From: Deltaproteobacteria bacterium
Lineage (GTDB): Bacteria > Bacillota > Clostridia > Acetivibrionales > UBA4821
Assembly: GCA_050258375.1 (NCBI GenBank)
Contig: JBLMYQ010000029.1
Span: forward strand, 1,569 to 65,568
DNA: 64,000 nucleotides
Direction of reading: 5' to 3'
Under the pieces are notes generated by a model. It saw only the letters and a program-made list of their open reading frames with translations. It was not told the origin of the DNA and searched no databases. This document shows positions 1 to 11,019 of the stretch, one piece after another. Both the position numbers and the translations under genes were made by a program. Within the stretch, counting starts at the first letter, position 1, and each line of letters begins with the position of its first letter.

Positions 1-63
1 AAAAGTTGGATGTTACTTCATTATGAAGCTGCAACCAACTTTTTTGTATTCATACATTACTTT

Positions 64-885
64 TTACTTTACTTCAACCTTCGCATTAACCTTGGTATCT
101 GGCGTAAGCGGCTTTATTCCATACCCTTTCCTGTACAGCTCTTTAATTATTTTGGGCAAAGCAATGGCTGTTTGGTCATGCCCTTTTCCGTCATGTAATA
201 TAATTACTACATCTTTTTTATTATCAAGTGACCACGCAGCATTATTATAAATAGTATCAGCAGGAACCCCTCTCCCTCTCGAATCCTTACAATCTACATT
301 CCAACCATATGTCCTCATTCCAAGTGATTTAAGGCATTCTTTGAAGCTTGCTCTAAGCTTATAGCCATAAGGCGATCTAAACAAACCAACCTTATAACCG
401 CCCACTGCTTTTTCAATCACTTTATTAGTCCTTGTAATTTCTGATTTAAAATTATTACAAACAAGATTCCATCTGTGCGTATATGTATGATTACCTATCT
501 CATGACCTTTACTATAAACACTTTTAACCACAGAAGGATATTCTTCAATACAGGAGCCAAGCATAAAAAAGGTCGCTTTTATATTATACTCATCCAATAC
601 TTTAAGAATTTTAGGAGTAACAGTTGAGCTTGGACCATCATCAAAGGTAAGGTAAGCAAATTTCTTCGGATTAGCAGGAGGTTTTATTGTATCCTTTTTC
701 TTTTGTTTATTCTCCAGCTTTGCACCGGCTTCAACCCGAACAACCGGCGAGGAATAAACGCTGCCAGCTACACTATCGCCAACTGAAAAGTTCCCATATA
801 AGCTATCTGGTGCTGAAATAATTACAGAAGCCGGCAGGATAATAATTAAAATTGTTAAAAATAAAATGATATGATATCTTTTCAT
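64..885 (-). CDS. Polysaccharide/peptidoglycan deacetylase (NodB/CE4) with N-terminal TM or signal segment
   Basis: Motifs TFDDGP, HEIGNHTYTH, FRSPYG, IILHD. Start moved to ATG 885 (MKRYH) behind a GAGGGG RBS. Confidence 0.9.
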   Translation of the reverse strand: MKRYHIILFLTILIIILPASVIISAPDSLYGNFSVGDSVAGSVYSSPVVRVEAGAKLENKQKKKDTIKPPANPKKFAYLTFDDGPSSTVTPKILKVLDEYNIKATFFMLGSCIEEYPSVVKSVYSKGHEIGNHTYTHRWNLVCNNFKSEITRTNKVIEKAVGGYKVGLFRSPYGYKLRASFKECLKSLGMRTYGWNVDCKDSRGRGVPADTIYNNAAWSLDNKKDVVIILHDGKGHDQTAIALPKIIKELYRKGYGIKPLTPDTKVNAKVEVK

Positions 886-1108
886 AAGCCCCTCGCTTAA
901 GAAAATAATTAGCTTCTTATATTTAATATTATAGCACCAAATCCATTTTGAAGCAATCTTCCATATAATGGATAGTAGTATTTGCATTCTCATAAAAGGA
1001 ATAATATTCCTTTACATTTATATGCTGTAATGCTATCATGTTGTCAATTAATTCTTTACCCCTCTACAATCGCAATCTTTGATTTTAGTATTGAAAGGAT
1101 GAATTTAT

Positions 1109-1663
1109 ATGACTGAACAAATTAAGCAAGTTGCAGCAAGAATTAAGGAACTGCGTGAAATATCAGACCTTTCTGTAGATACGTTAGCAAAGGAGCTTGA
1201 TGTCAGCTGTGAGGTATATAAAAATTATGAATCAGGAAGCATAGATATTCCTGTAAGCTTCCTTTATAAGTTTGCAAACAAGTTTAAAATCGAGCTTTCG
1301 ACACTTCTTACCGGTGAAAGTCCAAGACTTCACACTTATTCAATTGTAAGAAAAGACAAGGGGGTAAGCGTTGATAGAAGGCAAGAGTATAAATATGAAA
1401 ACCTGGCATACAATTTTATTCATAAGAGAGCTGAACCATTTATGGTTACCGTAGAACCCGAAGCCAACAATGCTGAAATTCATTACAATTCCCACCCGGG
1501 CCAGGAATTCAACTATGTCCTTGAAGGTGCCATGAAGGTTTATATAGACGGTCACGAAATTACATTAAACGAAGGCGATTCACTTTATTTTGATTCCGGT
1601 ATAAACCATGGTATGAAGGCAATTAACAATAAACCTGCAAGGTTTCTGGCAATTATACTCTAA
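1109..1663 (+). CDS. XRE-family HTH plus cupin transcriptional regulator
   Basis: N-terminal HTH (RIKELRE...YESG), C-terminal cupin (HPGQEFNYVLEG, GDSLYFDS..H). Confidence 0.9.
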   Translation: MTEQIKQVAARIKELREISDLSVDTLAKELDVSCEVYKNYESGSIDIPVSFLYKFANKFKIELSTLLTGESPRLHTYSIVRKDKGVSVDRRQEYKYENLAYNFIHKRAEPFMVTVEPEANNAEIHYNSHPGQEFNYVLEGAMKVYIDGHEITLNEGDSLYFDSGINHGMKAINNKPARFLAIIL

Positions 1664-1684
1664 TCAATTAAGGAGGTCAGTTTG

Positions 1685-3337
1685 ATGCTTAAAAACTTTT
1701 TAAATAAAACAGAATTTGAGTCTTATGAAGATTTTTATGAAAACTTCAAGATAAATATCCCTGATAACTTTAATTTTGCTTATGACATAGTTGATGTGAG
1801 AGCAAATCAGACACCGGATAAGATAGCTATGGTTTGGTGCGACGAAAAAGGCGAGGAAAGAACCTTCACATTTTCTGAAATGAGGGATTACAGCAATAAA
1901 ACAGCCAACTTTTTAAAGTCAATTGGAATTAAAAAAGGTGACCGTGTAATGCTAATCCTTAAAAGGCGTTATGAATTCTGGTTTTGCATTCTCGCACTTC
2001 ACAAGATTGGGGCTATCTGCATCCCTGCTACCAATCTCCTTACTACCAAAGACATAATCTACAGAAATAATAAAGCTGATATAAAAATGATTATCAGTGT
2101 AGCTGAATCTGAAGTAATTCAGCATATAGAAGACTCGCTTGAAAAATCTCCATCAATAAAGCTAAAAGCACTGGTAGGAGCTTCTAAAGAAGGCTGGTAT
2201 AGCTTTGATGACGAAATCGCCAAAGCATCCCCTGATTTCACAAGGCCTCAAGGTACTGAAGCGCCTGTAAATAGCGATATTCTCCTCCTATATTTTACTT
2301 CAGGAACAACAGGCATGCCTAAAATAGTAAGCCACGATTATACCTATCCGCTGGGTCATATCCTTACAGCCGGATATTGGCAGAATGTTAAAGACAATGG
2401 CCTTCACCTTACAGTAGCTGAAACAGGCTGGGCTAAAGCAGTATGGGGGAAAATTTATGGACAGTGGATATGCGGCTGCGCTGTATTTGTATATGACTTT
2501 AATAAATTTGTTCCTAAAAACCTTTTAAGCGTAATCTCAAAATATGGGGTAACAAGCTTTTGCGCACCCCCGACAATTTATAGATTCTTAATAAAAGAAG
2601 ATTTAGCCTCTTATAATCTTGAAAAGCTTAAATACTGTACAGTTGCGGGTGAACCACTCAACCCTGAAGTCTATAATCAATTTTTAAAAGCAACAGGTAT
2701 TAGACTCATGGAAGGTTATGGTCAAACTGAATTGACAGTAACTCTTGCAACTTACCCTTGGATGGAATCAAGACCCGGTTCAATGGGTAAACCTTCTCCC
2801 GGTTACGATATTGACTTGCTTGATGAAAAGGGAAGCTCCTGTGACGTCGGAGATGAAGGTCAAATCGTTGTTCGTACAAACAAAAGGAAACCAGCAGGCA
2901 TGTTCAATGGCTACCATGGAGATAGCGACTTAACCAATAATGTCTGGCATGACGAGATTTATTACACAGGCGATATGGCCTGGTGCGATGAAGACGGATA
3001 TTACTGGTTCATAGGCCGTGCAGATGATGTAATTAAGAGTTCGGGCTACAGAATAGGTCCTTTTGAAGTTGAAAGTGCTTTGGTTGAACACCCTGCCGTA
3101 CTTGAATGTGCAATAACAGCAATTCCTGACCCTGACAGAGGTCAGGTCGTAAAAGCAACTATTATCCTTACTAAAGAGTATCAGGCAAGTGATGCACTTG
3201 CCAAGGAGCTTCAAGAACACGTTAAAAAGGTTACTGCTCCTTACAAGTATCCAAGAATAATAGAATTTGTGACAGAACTGCCAAAGACAATAAGCGGAAA
3301 AATCAGAAGAGTTGAAATAAGAGAAAAAGATAGATAA
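1685..3337 (+). CDS. Acyl/acetyl-CoA synthetase (AMP-forming, medium-chain acyl-CoA synthetase-like)
   Basis: [31 protein letters not shown] motifs. AAGGAGG RBS, operonic with the XRE-cupin gene. Confidence 0.92.
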   Translation: MLKNFLNKTEFESYEDFYENFKINIPDNFNFAYDIVDVRANQTPDKIAMVWCDEKGEERTFTFSEMRDYSNKTANFLKSIGIKKGDRVMLILKRRYEFWFCILALHKIGAICIPATNLLTTKDIIYRNNKADIKMIISVAESEVIQHIEDSLEKSPSIKLKALVGASKEGWYSFDDEIAKASPDFTRPQGTEAPVNSDILLLYFTSGTTGMPKIVSHDYTYPLGHILTAGYWQNVKDNGLHLTVAETGWAKAVWGKIYGQWICGCAVFVYDFNKFVPKNLLSVISKYGVTSFCAPPTIYRFLIKEDLASYNLEKLKYCTVAGEPLNPEVYNQFLKATGIRLMEGYGQTELTVTLATYPWMESRPGSMGKPSPGYDIDLLDEKGSSCDVGDEGQIVVRTNKRKPAGMFNGYHGDSDLTNNVWHDEIYYTGDMAWCDEDGYYWFIGRADDVIKSSGYRIGPFEVESALVEHPAVLECAITAIPDPDRGQVVKATIILTKEYQASDALAKELQEHVKKVTAPYKYPRIIEFVTELPKTISGKIRRVEIREKDR

Positions 3338-3369
3338 ATAAAAAAGTGGCAAAACCACTTTTTTTATTT
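3336..3369. terminator. Bidirectional intrinsic terminator
   Basis: aaaaaagtgg-caaaa-ccactttttt between convergent genes. Confidence 0.75.
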
Positions 3370-3371
3370 AC

Positions 3372-4127
3372 TTATCTTTTATGCCATATAGTCTTTGCTT
3401 TTGCAAATTCGATAGAACCATCAGGGCTTTTTATAGTATGTACACAAATAAATACCAACTCATTCTGTGAAATAATTTCAGTAGAACAGGCTATATCATT
3501 ATCCAGCACTAATTCTTTTATATAACGCACGTCAAGAAAATTAAGGGTATATTCTTTATATAACTCTATAGGTATTGTTTCAATAATCCATTCAACATAT
3601 TTTACATTATTCACATGCTCATTTGTATCTATATCACTTTTGCGAATATTAAAATCCTTTAAGTAACTATCCTTTTTCAAGTCATATGCTTCTTCAAACC
3701 TATCTTGCATTGCTCTTTCCGGGTTTAATAAATAAGCATTACTTACTTCCTCTGGAATTCTTAAAGGCTTTCTCCTGACTGTATCTAAGAAAATCCATAA
3801 AGAAGCTGCTTTAATTATTTCATTTTCGTTTTCATCTTTAACTACAAATTCTCTTGTTGCAAAACACCTTTCAAACTTTGATGGCCAAGTGTTAACTATA
3901 ATCTTTTCTCCCAAAGACGGATATCTTTCTATTTCTATATTCCATTTAGTTAATATCCAAGCTCTTTGCTTTTCGATTAGCTTTTCTACCCCCAAACCCG
4001 CATATTGAGATTGCGAAATCGCAGTATCCTGAAGATAATTCATAATTGATGCAATAGAAGCTTCTCTGAATTCATTCGCTTCATAATAATGTACTTCAAA
4101 CCCTTTACCAAAATATTTGTTATTCAT
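3372..4127 (-). CDS. Acyl-ACP thioesterase (FatA/B-like, double hotdog)
   Basis: DIDTNEHVNNVKY catalytic motif, YPSLGEKIIVNTW. Confidence 0.9.
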   Translation of the reverse strand: MNNKYFGKGFEVHYYEANEFREASIASIMNYLQDTAISQSQYAGLGVEKLIEKQRAWILTKWNIEIERYPSLGEKIIVNTWPSKFERCFATREFVVKDENENEIIKAASLWIFLDTVRRKPLRIPEEVSNAYLLNPERAMQDRFEEAYDLKKDSYLKDFNIRKSDIDTNEHVNNVKYVEWIIETIPIELYKEYTLNFLDVRYIKELVLDNDIACSTEIISQNELVFICVHTIKSPDGSIEFAKAKTIWHKR

Positions 4128-4208
4128 CTCTAGTGTTCCTTTTTACCTATGTTGTTTTATTTATAAGAATTTTATCACTATTTTCCAGTTCATGTAATAG
4201 GCTTTTTA

Positions 4209-4244
4209 AAAAATCTCCAAGAAATTTATTATCTTGGAGATTTT
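4209..4244 (-). terminator. Intrinsic terminator after DUF4363 gene
   Basis: aaaatctccaaga...tcttggagatttt hairpin. Confidence 0.65.
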
Positions 4245-4248
4245 GATT

Positions 4249-4629
4249 TTATAATATATTTGTCCAGGTAAGAGAGTCTTTTTGCGGTATATGCTCAAAT
4301 AAAAGCTTTAGTGATGAAATTTCTGCAAGTGCATCTACAGGGTCTTTTCCTTTAATATATTCTTTCATTTTTGAAATACATAAATTAATATTATCAATTT
4401 CTTGATGATCTACCAGCAGCGCCCATGTATTTTTTGTATTATTCCAGCTACTTTCCATTATATTAAGAATCTTATTTGCTGAATTCCACTTATTAAGCCT
4501 AACCTCATTATCTAATCTTGTAAGCTCAGTGTCAATTGCCTCTGAAGTTTTATTGATATAATCGGTCATTAAATAACCTGCTGTAAAAATAAGAATTAGC
4601 GCTAAAGAAATTATGATAATTGATTTCAC
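4249..4629 (-). CDS. DUF4363-family protein
   Basis: N-terminal TM, W..LVDHQEIDNI and ..NIL C-terminus. Adjacent to a DUF421 gene as is usual. Confidence 0.75.
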   Translation of the reverse strand: MKSIIIISLALILIFTAGYLMTDYINKTSEAIDTELTRLDNEVRLNKWNSANKILNIMESSWNNTKNTWALLVDHQEIDNINLCISKMKEYIKGKDPVDALAEISSLKLLFEHIPQKDSLTWTNIL

Positions 4630-4630
4630 T

Positions 4631-5305
4631 CTATTTCACCCTTTTCTGAAAAAATAATTTTCCTGATGTATCAATATTTGCATATAACACTTCTTTATAG
4701 TTATCTATTTTATATTTCTTTAATTCATTAATAATCCATTCTTCATTCAATCCAATCGAATGAAGATTTTCAGCTAGAATATGGCCATCAATTATGAGAC
4801 TAATAGGAATACCCTCATATTGCGTATCAATTTTTAAATCTTCAGGAATTATCGGTCTTTTTTGGGCCTTTGGAATTACACTTATTTGTCCACTGGTTTC
4901 AAGAATTGCAAATTCTACATCTGCTATATTTGGGTAGCTTTTTGATCTTAATTGTTCCATTAAATCATTCAGATTATAATTTTGCCTCTCAAGCTCTTTT
5001 TCAACTATTTTACCTCCATGGACAAGTACACTTGGCTTACCACAAATTATTCCGCGAAGCCTTTCACTCTTCAACGTGGTATAAGAAAATGCAAGCTGCG
5101 CAATAAGCAGTGTAATAATAGGTATTATTCCATTTATTAAAGGTATTCCTGTGTTTTGCATAGGAATAGCCGCAAGTTCTGCCAGCATTATTGTAATTAC
5201 CAATTCAAAAGGCTGAAGCTGACCGATTTGCCTTTTTCCCATTATTCTCATAACAATGACAACCAGAACATATAATATAAGTGCTCTAAAAAAAACTACA
5301 AGCAT
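4631..5305 (-). CDS. DUF421/YetF-family membrane protein
   Basis: MRIMGKRQIGQLQPFE, AILETSGQISV. Start set at ATG 5305 after GGAGG. Confidence 0.88.
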   Translation of the reverse strand: MLVVFFRALILYVLVVIVMRIMGKRQIGQLQPFELVITIMLAELAAIPMQNTGIPLINGIIPIITLLIAQLAFSYTTLKSERLRGIICGKPSVLVHGGKIVEKELERQNYNLNDLMEQLRSKSYPNIADVEFAILETSGQISVIPKAQKRPIIPEDLKIDTQYEGIPISLIIDGHILAENLHSIGLNEEWIINELKKYKIDNYKEVLYANIDTSGKLFFQKRVK

Positions 5306-5411
5306 TTTTTGCCTCCATAAAATATTGTATTGCTTTTTCAATAATTATTATTTTCAAAATAATTTACAGATATTATACGCAATAGTTTCTGGTTTTTTTT
5401 GGCTTTTTTAT

Positions 5412-5440
5412 GTATAAAAAAAAATTTTTTTACAATACTA
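5412..5440 (+). promoter_or_regulatory. Putative SigG (forespore) promoter
   Basis: GTATA-N17-AATACTA upstream of the 5474 gene. Confidence 0.5.
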
Positions 5441-5473
5441 TTATAGAAATAATTAACGAAAGGAAGTGCATGT

Positions 5474-5842
5474 ATGGAAGGTGAAAATAAACAAATTCAA
5501 GAAAGAGGATTTGATATTTCCCAACTTTTGATTAGATTTATCTCTGCTACGGTAGTACTTGCTATAACAGCTTTCTTTACTCCTGGTTTTTCAATAACAG
5601 GCATTGTACCTTTGATTGGTGCTGCAATAGTTCTTACAATACTTGATTATCTTCTTAATCTTATTACCGGTATTAATGCATCACCATTTGCAAGAGGTCT
5701 GGTTGGCTTTATTTCTGCTGCAGTAATAATTTATGCTACACAATTTTTTATAGTTGGGTATAGCGTTACTGTATTAGGAGCTGTTATAGGCGCAATTATT
5801 TTTGGAATAGTTGATTATTTGATTCCGGGAAGAGCAATGTAA
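5474..5842 (+). CDS. 4-TM membrane protein, phage holin family IV/YvlD-like
   Basis: Four hydrophobic segments, TPGFSI..., GLVGFI pattern. Confidence 0.7.
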   Translation: MEGENKQIQERGFDISQLLIRFISATVVLAITAFFTPGFSITGIVPLIGAAIVLTILDYLLNLITGINASPFARGLVGFISAAVIIYATQFFIVGYSVTVLGAVIGAIIFGIVDYLIPGRAM

Positions 5843-5844
5843 CC

Positions 5845-5887
5845 AAATTGAATAGACCCTTCGGTTAAGAAGGGTCTATTCAATTTG
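5845..5887 (+). terminator. Intrinsic terminator hairpin
   Basis: caaattgaatagacccttc...gaagggtctattcaatttg. Confidence 0.75.
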
Positions 5888-5980
5888 TATAAATTTGTAA
5901 TATTTTATTTCTTGTAAAATCCATATTTCCTTAGTAAAATAAAGATAAGCTTTATATTATTTACTACGAGGTGAATAGTT

Positions 5981-6229
5981 TTGACATTAAAACCATGCTC
6001 ATGTTTCTACTGTGGAAATCAAACCACACTTACTTTCAAATCTATGAAAAAAAATGTTAATAGTAAAAACTACAATATTAATAATGTCCCTCTATATTAT
6101 TGTTCTGAATGCGAAGAGATATTTTATCCCGATTTTGTAATTAAGGTATTTAATAGGCTTGATTGGAAGCTGCTTGCCGGCAGTACTTACGAGTTTGATT
6201 ACTTACAAAGAAATATCCGTAAAGAATAA
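5981..6229 (+). CDS. YgiT/MqsA-type zinc-finger protein (stand-alone)
   Basis: CFYCG...INNVP..YCSECEE. GAGGTG RBS, TTG start. Confidence 0.7.
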   Translation: MTLKPCSCFYCGNQTTLTFKSMKKNVNSKNYNINNVPLYYCSECEEIFYPDFVIKVFNRLDWKLLAGSTYEFDYLQRNIRKE

Positions 6230-6232
6230 AAT

Positions 6233-6868
6233 TTACTTCTTTACGAACATATTCTTGCCAGGATCCCAAATATATCTCTCGCTGATATAATCAGTTTCGA
6301 CAGGTATTCCATTCTGGTTAGTTTTATCTACTTTGTAAAAATAATTTAAAACACCATTGGTATCAATATAATACCTCCCGTGCGTTTCCATGCCGTTAGT
6401 CAGTTTAGAATAGTCATATTTATCATATATTCCGCTCCATATGATATTGACTTTACCTTTTTGCATTTGAAGTATATTTGCGGTTAGTGTATGAACCGTT
6501 TCATTTCCGGATGCATATATTACTTCCTTTTGGCTCATTTTTTCAACAGACCAAGGACGGAAAAATACATTAACATATTCTCCGTTTTGATAATCAAATA
6601 TAAAGAAGTACCCTTCATGTAATCCAAATCTGTAACTTAACAGCAATTCAAGCTCCGGATCCTCGTCTATATCCACATACTGAAGCCATATATATTTATC
6701 AGTTATCTTATCCTTTGGTATTTTTGTTTTCTGCGCTATTACTGTTTTGATTTGCTCATTGGTCATAAACTGCTGACTTACAACAGAACGTTCTGAACCG
6801 CTGATTTTCAAAGCACAGGCAGAAAGCATCAATAATATTATAGATATTATTATTGTAAGTCTTTTCAC
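6233..6868 (-). CDS. Hypothetical lipoprotein
   Basis: GTG start after GAAGGAAG. Signal peptide with lipobox LSAC. Confidence 0.65.
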   Translation of the reverse strand: MKRLTIIISIILLMLSACALKISGSERSVVSQQFMTNEQIKTVIAQKTKIPKDKITDKYIWLQYVDIDEDPELELLLSYRFGLHEGYFFIFDYQNGEYVNVFFRPWSVEKMSQKEVIYASGNETVHTLTANILQMQKGKVNIIWSGIYDKYDYSKLTNGMETHGRYYIDTNGVLNYFYKVDKTNQNGIPVETDYISERYIWDPGKNMFVKK

Positions 6869-6930
6869 ATAGCTTCCTTCTTTTTTTATTTGAAGTATAT
6901 GAAATGAGCGCAAATAATATGTAATATTAA

Positions 6931-7665
6931 TTAGTAATATACTTCTGCAAGATATAATCCTTGCGGCGGGACAGTCTTTCCCAGCAAGCTTCTATTTCCT
7001 GTCTCCATGGCTTTTTTTATATCTTCAATACTAATTTTTTCTCTTCCTGCATCAATTAATGTTCCTACAATTATTCGAACCATATTATAGAGAAATCCAT
7101 CCGCTTTCAATCCAACTATAATCCTATCACCCTTTTCTTCAAGTTCAGCTTGATATATAGTTCTAAATGTGTCCTTTACCAAGCATCCGGAAGCCATAAA
7201 TCCTTTGAAATCATGTGTACCAAGTAACAGCTCCAATGATTGCTTCATAAGGTCAATATTAAGCCTGTATGGACAAAAATATTCTCGTTTTGCCTCAAGC
7301 GCAGAAGAAAATCTGGCATTGTTAATTATATATTTATAATATTTGCCTTTAGCAGAAAATCTGGCATGAAAATCTTCGGGCACTTCACATGCTTCCTTGA
7401 CTACAATATCATCAGGTAACAAAGCATTAAGCGCGCAAGGAATCTTATTTGCAGGTATTTTGCAATCAGTGCTGAAATTGGCAGCCTGACCAAGCGCATG
7501 AACTCCTGCATCAGTTCTCCCTGCCGATGTAATAGAAACCTCATGTTCAAGAACTTTACCCAGCGTATTTTCCAGAACCTCCTGCACGCTAATCTGGTCA
7601 GGCTGCCTTTGCCATCCATGATAATTTGTTCCATCGTATTCAATTATGAGTTTTATATTTCGCAT
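6931..7665 (-). CDS. truA: tRNA pseudouridine(38-40) synthase
   Basis: YDGTNYHGWQ, AGRTDAGVHA, GFLYNMVR. Confidence 0.97.
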   Translation of the reverse strand: MRNIKLIIEYDGTNYHGWQRQPDQISVQEVLENTLGKVLEHEVSITSAGRTDAGVHALGQAANFSTDCKIPANKIPCALNALLPDDIVVKEACEVPEDFHARFSAKGKYYKYIINNARFSSALEAKREYFCPYRLNIDLMKQSLELLLGTHDFKGFMASGCLVKDTFRTIYQAELEEKGDRIIVGLKADGFLYNMVRIIVGTLIDAGREKISIEDIKKAMETGNRSLLGKTVPPQGLYLAEVYY

Positions 7666-7677
7666 TTCTTCTCCAAG

Positions 7678-7729
7678 CATAAAATAAATTAAAAAGAAAC
7701 CGTTAGGTTTCTTTTTAATTTATTTTATG
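7678..7729. terminator. Perfect 24-bp-stem hairpin between rplQ and truA
   Basis: cataaaataaattaaaaagaaacc-gtta-ggtttctttttaatttattttatg. Confidence 0.8.
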
Positions 7730-7736
7730 TCATTAT

Positions 7737-8261
7737 TTATACCAATTCAAGTATTACTTCTTCTGCTCCGTCACCTCTTCTTGGACCAAGCTTAAGAATC
7801 CTTGTGTACCCACCATTTCTATCCTTGTACTTCAATGCTATATCTTCAAAAAGTTTCTTTGGAAGATCTACATTTTTCCCTTCAGAATCCTTAACCTTAT
7901 ACACATAAGACATAATTTGTCTTCTTGCAGCAAGTCTTGCAGGAGCATCTAAAGTTACCATTTCCTGAACCTTTTCTCTTTCAACCTTTAAATACTTTTT
8001 CCCATTTTTACTGGTAACAGTACTTGTTATTCTATTGCCTTTGCTGTCAACTTTAGCTCTGCTAACCCACTTTGTAGCACTGGTTACATTATCTCTTTCC
8101 TTTACAGCAAGCGTTATAAGCTTTTCTGCTATGACCCTTACTTCTTTCGCTCTTGCTTCAGTTGTCTTGATACGTCCACTTTGGAACAACGCTGTTACAA
8201 GACCTCTAAGCATTGCATTTCTTTGTGCCGTTGTACGGCCAAGCTTTCTTGTACCTGTCAT
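7737..8261 (-). CDS. rplQ: 50S ribosomal protein L17 (long form with internal insertion)
   Basis: [37 protein letters not shown]. Follows rpoA. Confidence 0.97.
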   Translation of the reverse strand: MTGTRKLGRTTAQRNAMLRGLVTALFQSGRIKTTEARAKEVRVIAEKLITLAVKERDNVTSATKWVSRAKVDSKGNRITSTVTSKNGKKYLKVEREKVQEMVTLDAPARLAARRQIMSYVYKVKDSEGKNVDLPKKLFEDIALKYKDRNGGYTRILKLGPRRGDGAEEVILELV

Positions 8262-8285
8262 TATACTTCACCTCCTGAAACCCAA

Positions 8286-9236
8286 TCAATCTTCACTGGG
8301 AGCAAGCAAAAGTCCCAGCGCATTTAGCTTTTGAACTACCTCTTCAAGCGACTTTCTTCCGAGGTTTCTTACCTTCATCATATCCTCTTCAGTCTTCGCA
8401 ATGAGGTCTTCAACTGTATTTATACCAGCTCTTTTCAAGCAATTGTAAGATCTAACCGAAAGATCAAGTTCTTCAATTGTCATTTCAAGAACCTTTTCCT
8501 TTTTGGTTTCTTCCTTTTCTACCATTATCTCAGTATTCCGAGCATTATCTGATAAATCAATAAACAGCTTTAAGTGTTCACTCATTATCTTTGCTCCCAA
8601 GCTAAGGGCTTCGTAAGGATTAATGCTTCCATTTGCCCAAACATCAATTGTAAGTTTATCATAGTCAGTAACCTGACCAACACGGGTATTCTCAACAACA
8701 AAATTTACCTTCCTTATAGGTGTGTATAATGAATCAACCGGTATAACACCTATTGGATTGGCACTATTTTTGTTTTTATCAGCAAGAACATATCCTCTAC
8801 CTTTAGTAACATTTAATTCCATATAAAACTTGGCATTATCTGCTAATGTTGCAATGTGCAATTCCGGATTGAGTATTTCAACATCAGGGTCTTCTTTGAT
8901 ATCTCCCGCGGTTATTTCTCCCTCACCATTTTTCTCAATATAAAGGGTCTTTGGTCCATCTGTATGAAGCTTTAAAGCTATACCTTTAACATTAAGAATG
9001 ATTTCGGTAACATCTTCAACAACTCCGTTTATTGTAGAAAATTCATGTAATACACCATCAATCTTTACTGATGTTACAGCTGCTCCAGGTAGTGATGAAA
9101 GGAGAATCCTTCTTAATGAGTTTCCTAGTGTCGTGCCGTATCCTCTTTCAAGAGGTTCTACGGTAAATCTTCCGTACGAATTGTCCGGAGCCACTTCAAC
9201 ACACTCTATCTTGGGTTTTTCTATTTCTATCATCAT
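8286..9236 (-). CDS. rpoA: RNA polymerase alpha subunit
   Basis: [39 protein letters not shown]. Confidence 0.99.
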   Translation of the reverse strand: MMIEIEKPKIECVEVAPDNSYGRFTVEPLERGYGTTLGNSLRRILLSSLPGAAVTSVKIDGVLHEFSTINGVVEDVTEIILNVKGIALKLHTDGPKTLYIEKNGEGEITAGDIKEDPDVEILNPELHIATLADNAKFYMELNVTKGRGYVLADKNKNSANPIGVIPVDSLYTPIRKVNFVVENTRVGQVTDYDKLTIDVWANGSINPYEALSLGAKIMSEHLKLFIDLSDNARNTEIMVEKEETKKEKVLEMTIEELDLSVRSYNCLKRAGINTVEDLIAKTEEDMMKVRNLGRKSLEEVVQKLNALGLLLAPSED

Positions 9237-9250
9237 TAACCTCCCATTTA

Positions 9251-9288
9251 TAGTTTACAGTTTACAGTTAACAGTCTACAGTTGACAG
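9251..9288. repeat. Heptamer-repeat element (rpsD-rpoA)
   Basis: agtttac agtttac agttaac agtctac agttgac, next to the rpoA RBS. Confidence 0.85.
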
Positions 9289-9464
9289 CAATAATTCAAA
9301 TTCAACGTCAACATCTCTCTGCAAACTGTATTGCTTTTCATTTTCATGAAAGCAATAAACTTATAATGTGCGCGATCATAAATTTCTTTAATTAATTCTG
9401 CCATAACCGCATTAACACATTTTATACTCCGCTTTATTATTTTTTTATTTACATGCAGAGTATA

Positions 9465-10091
9465 TTATTTGGAGTATAGCTCAACTATCAGATGTTCTTC
9501 TACTTGTAAATCAATATCTTCTCTAGTAGGAGCTGTTAGTACTGTTCCTTTGAGTTTTTCCTGATTTGTTTCAAGCCATTTTGGAACTACTTTACTTCCT
9601 GTTACTTCAAGGATTTCTTTGAATATTTCATTTTCCTTGCTTCCTTCTCTCACAGAAATTACATCCTGTGCTCTTACCAAATATGAAGGTATATTAACCT
9701 TTTTGCCATTTACATCAAAATGTCCATGTGTTACTAATTGTCTTGCTTCTGTTCTTGATCTAGCAAAACCTAACCTATAAACAATATTGTCTAGCCTTGT
9801 TTCAAGGAGCTTAAGGAGATTTTCACCTGTAATACCTTTTGTTGTTGAAGCCATTTCAAAATATTTTCTGAATTGACTTTCCAAAACTCCATAAAATTTC
9901 TTTGCTTTTTGTTTTTCTCTAAGCTGTACGCCATATTCAGAAAGTTTCTTTTTTGCCTGACCGTGCTGTCCTGGGGCATACTGTCTCTTAGTTACTCCGC
10001 ATTTCTCTGTATAGCATCTTTCGCCTTTAAGAAAGAGCTTTTCACCTTCGCGACGACAAAGCTTGCACGAAGGTCCAGTATATCTCGCCAT
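9465..10091 (-). CDS. rpsD: 30S ribosomal protein S4
   Basis: [30 protein letters not shown]. Confidence 0.99.
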   Translation of the reverse strand: MARYTGPSCKLCRREGEKLFLKGERCYTEKCGVTKRQYAPGQHGQAKKKLSEYGVQLREKQKAKKFYGVLESQFRKYFEMASTTKGITGENLLKLLETRLDNIVYRLGFARSRTEARQLVTHGHFDVNGKKVNIPSYLVRAQDVISVREGSKENEIFKEILEVTGSKVVPKWLETNQEKLKGTVLTAPTREDIDLQVEEHLIVELYSK

Positions 10092-10125
10092 CTATATTCA
10101 CACCTCCATCAATTATTAAAACTGG

Positions 10126-10211
10126 TAGTTTAAAGTGTAAAATGTAAAGTGTAAAGTTATTTTTCTTATTAAGGTTTTAACTTTAAACTTTAACCTGTCA
10201 ACTTTAAACTG
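10126..10211. repeat. Inverted heptamer-repeat element (rpsK-rpsD)
   Basis: agtttaa agtgtaa aatgtaa agtgtaa agtt ... aac tttaaac tttaacc tgtcaac tttaaact. Confidence 0.9.
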
Positions 10212-10213
10212 AA

Positions 10214-10618
10214 TTAAACTCTTCTTCTCTTTGGCGGTCTGCAGCCATTATGTGGAATTGGAGTAACATCTTTAATAAGACTTACTTCCAATCCTGCCGC
10301 TTGAAGAGCACGAATTGCAGCTTCTCTACCTGAACCAGGACCTTTAACGTAAACTTCTACGGTCTTAAGTCCATGTTCCATTGCTGTTTTTGTTGCTGTT
10401 TCAGCTGCCATCTGAGCCGCAAAAGGAGTGCTTTTCTTTGAGCCTCTAAATCCAAGTCCACCGGCACTTGCCCAAGAAAGTACATTTCCTGCCGTATCGG
10501 TTATACTTACAATTGTATTATTAAATGTTGACTGTATATGAGCCGCTCCACGTTCAATATTTTTGCGTTCTCTTCTTTTTCTTGTGGTCTTCTTAGCACT
10601 AGAAGCCTTTGTAGCCAT
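10214..10618 (-). CDS. rpsK: 30S ribosomal protein S11
   Basis: [33 protein letters not shown]. Confidence 0.99.
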   Translation of the reverse strand: MATKASSAKKTTRKRRERKNIERGAAHIQSTFNNTIVSITDTAGNVLSWASAGGLGFRGSKKSTPFAAQMAAETATKTAMEHGLKTVEVYVKGPGSGREAAIRALQAAGLEVSLIKDVTPIPHNGCRPPKRRRV

Positions 10619-10633
10619 TTATACTTCTACCTC

Positions 10634-11002
10634 CTATTTCTTTTTAGCACCAGCAATCTTTTTAGGCCCTTTTCTTGTCCTGGCATTAGTCTTAGTTCTC
10701 TGACCTCTAACCGGAAGCCCTTTTCTATGCCTTATCCCTCTATAGCATCCAATTTCCATAAGTCTTTTTATATTTAAGGATACTTCTCTTCTGAGATCTC
10801 CTTCTACCTTACAATTCTTATCAATATACTCTCTAAGCTTGCTTATTTCAGCATCTGTAAGGTCTTTAACGCGTGTATCAGGATTAATTCCTGTTGCTTT
10901 TAAAATTTCATTTGATACTGAACGACCTATACCAAAAATATAGGTAAGGCCAATTTCGACCCTTTTTTCTCTCGGCAAATCAACTCCCGAAATACGAGCC
11001 AT
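10634..11002 (-). CDS. rpsM: 30S ribosomal protein S13
   Basis: [28 protein letters not shown]. Confidence 0.99.
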   Translation of the reverse strand: MARISGVDLPREKRVEIGLTYIFGIGRSVSNEILKATGINPDTRVKDLTDAEISKLREYIDKNCKVEGDLRREVSLNIKRLMEIGCYRGIRHRKGLPVRGQRTKTNARTRKGPKKIAGAKKK

Positions 11003-11019
11003 TTCTCGATACACCTCCT

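Noticed and set aside
1109..4127. XRE-cupin, acyl-CoA synthetase and thioesterase as a novel pathway
   Set aside because: The regulator-synthetase pair is a common arrangement in anaerobes, and the thioesterase is convergent and separated by a terminator.
5474..5842. Prophage suggested by the holin-family gene
   Set aside because: No other phage genes nearby. The SigG-like promoter and context suggest a host membrane protein.
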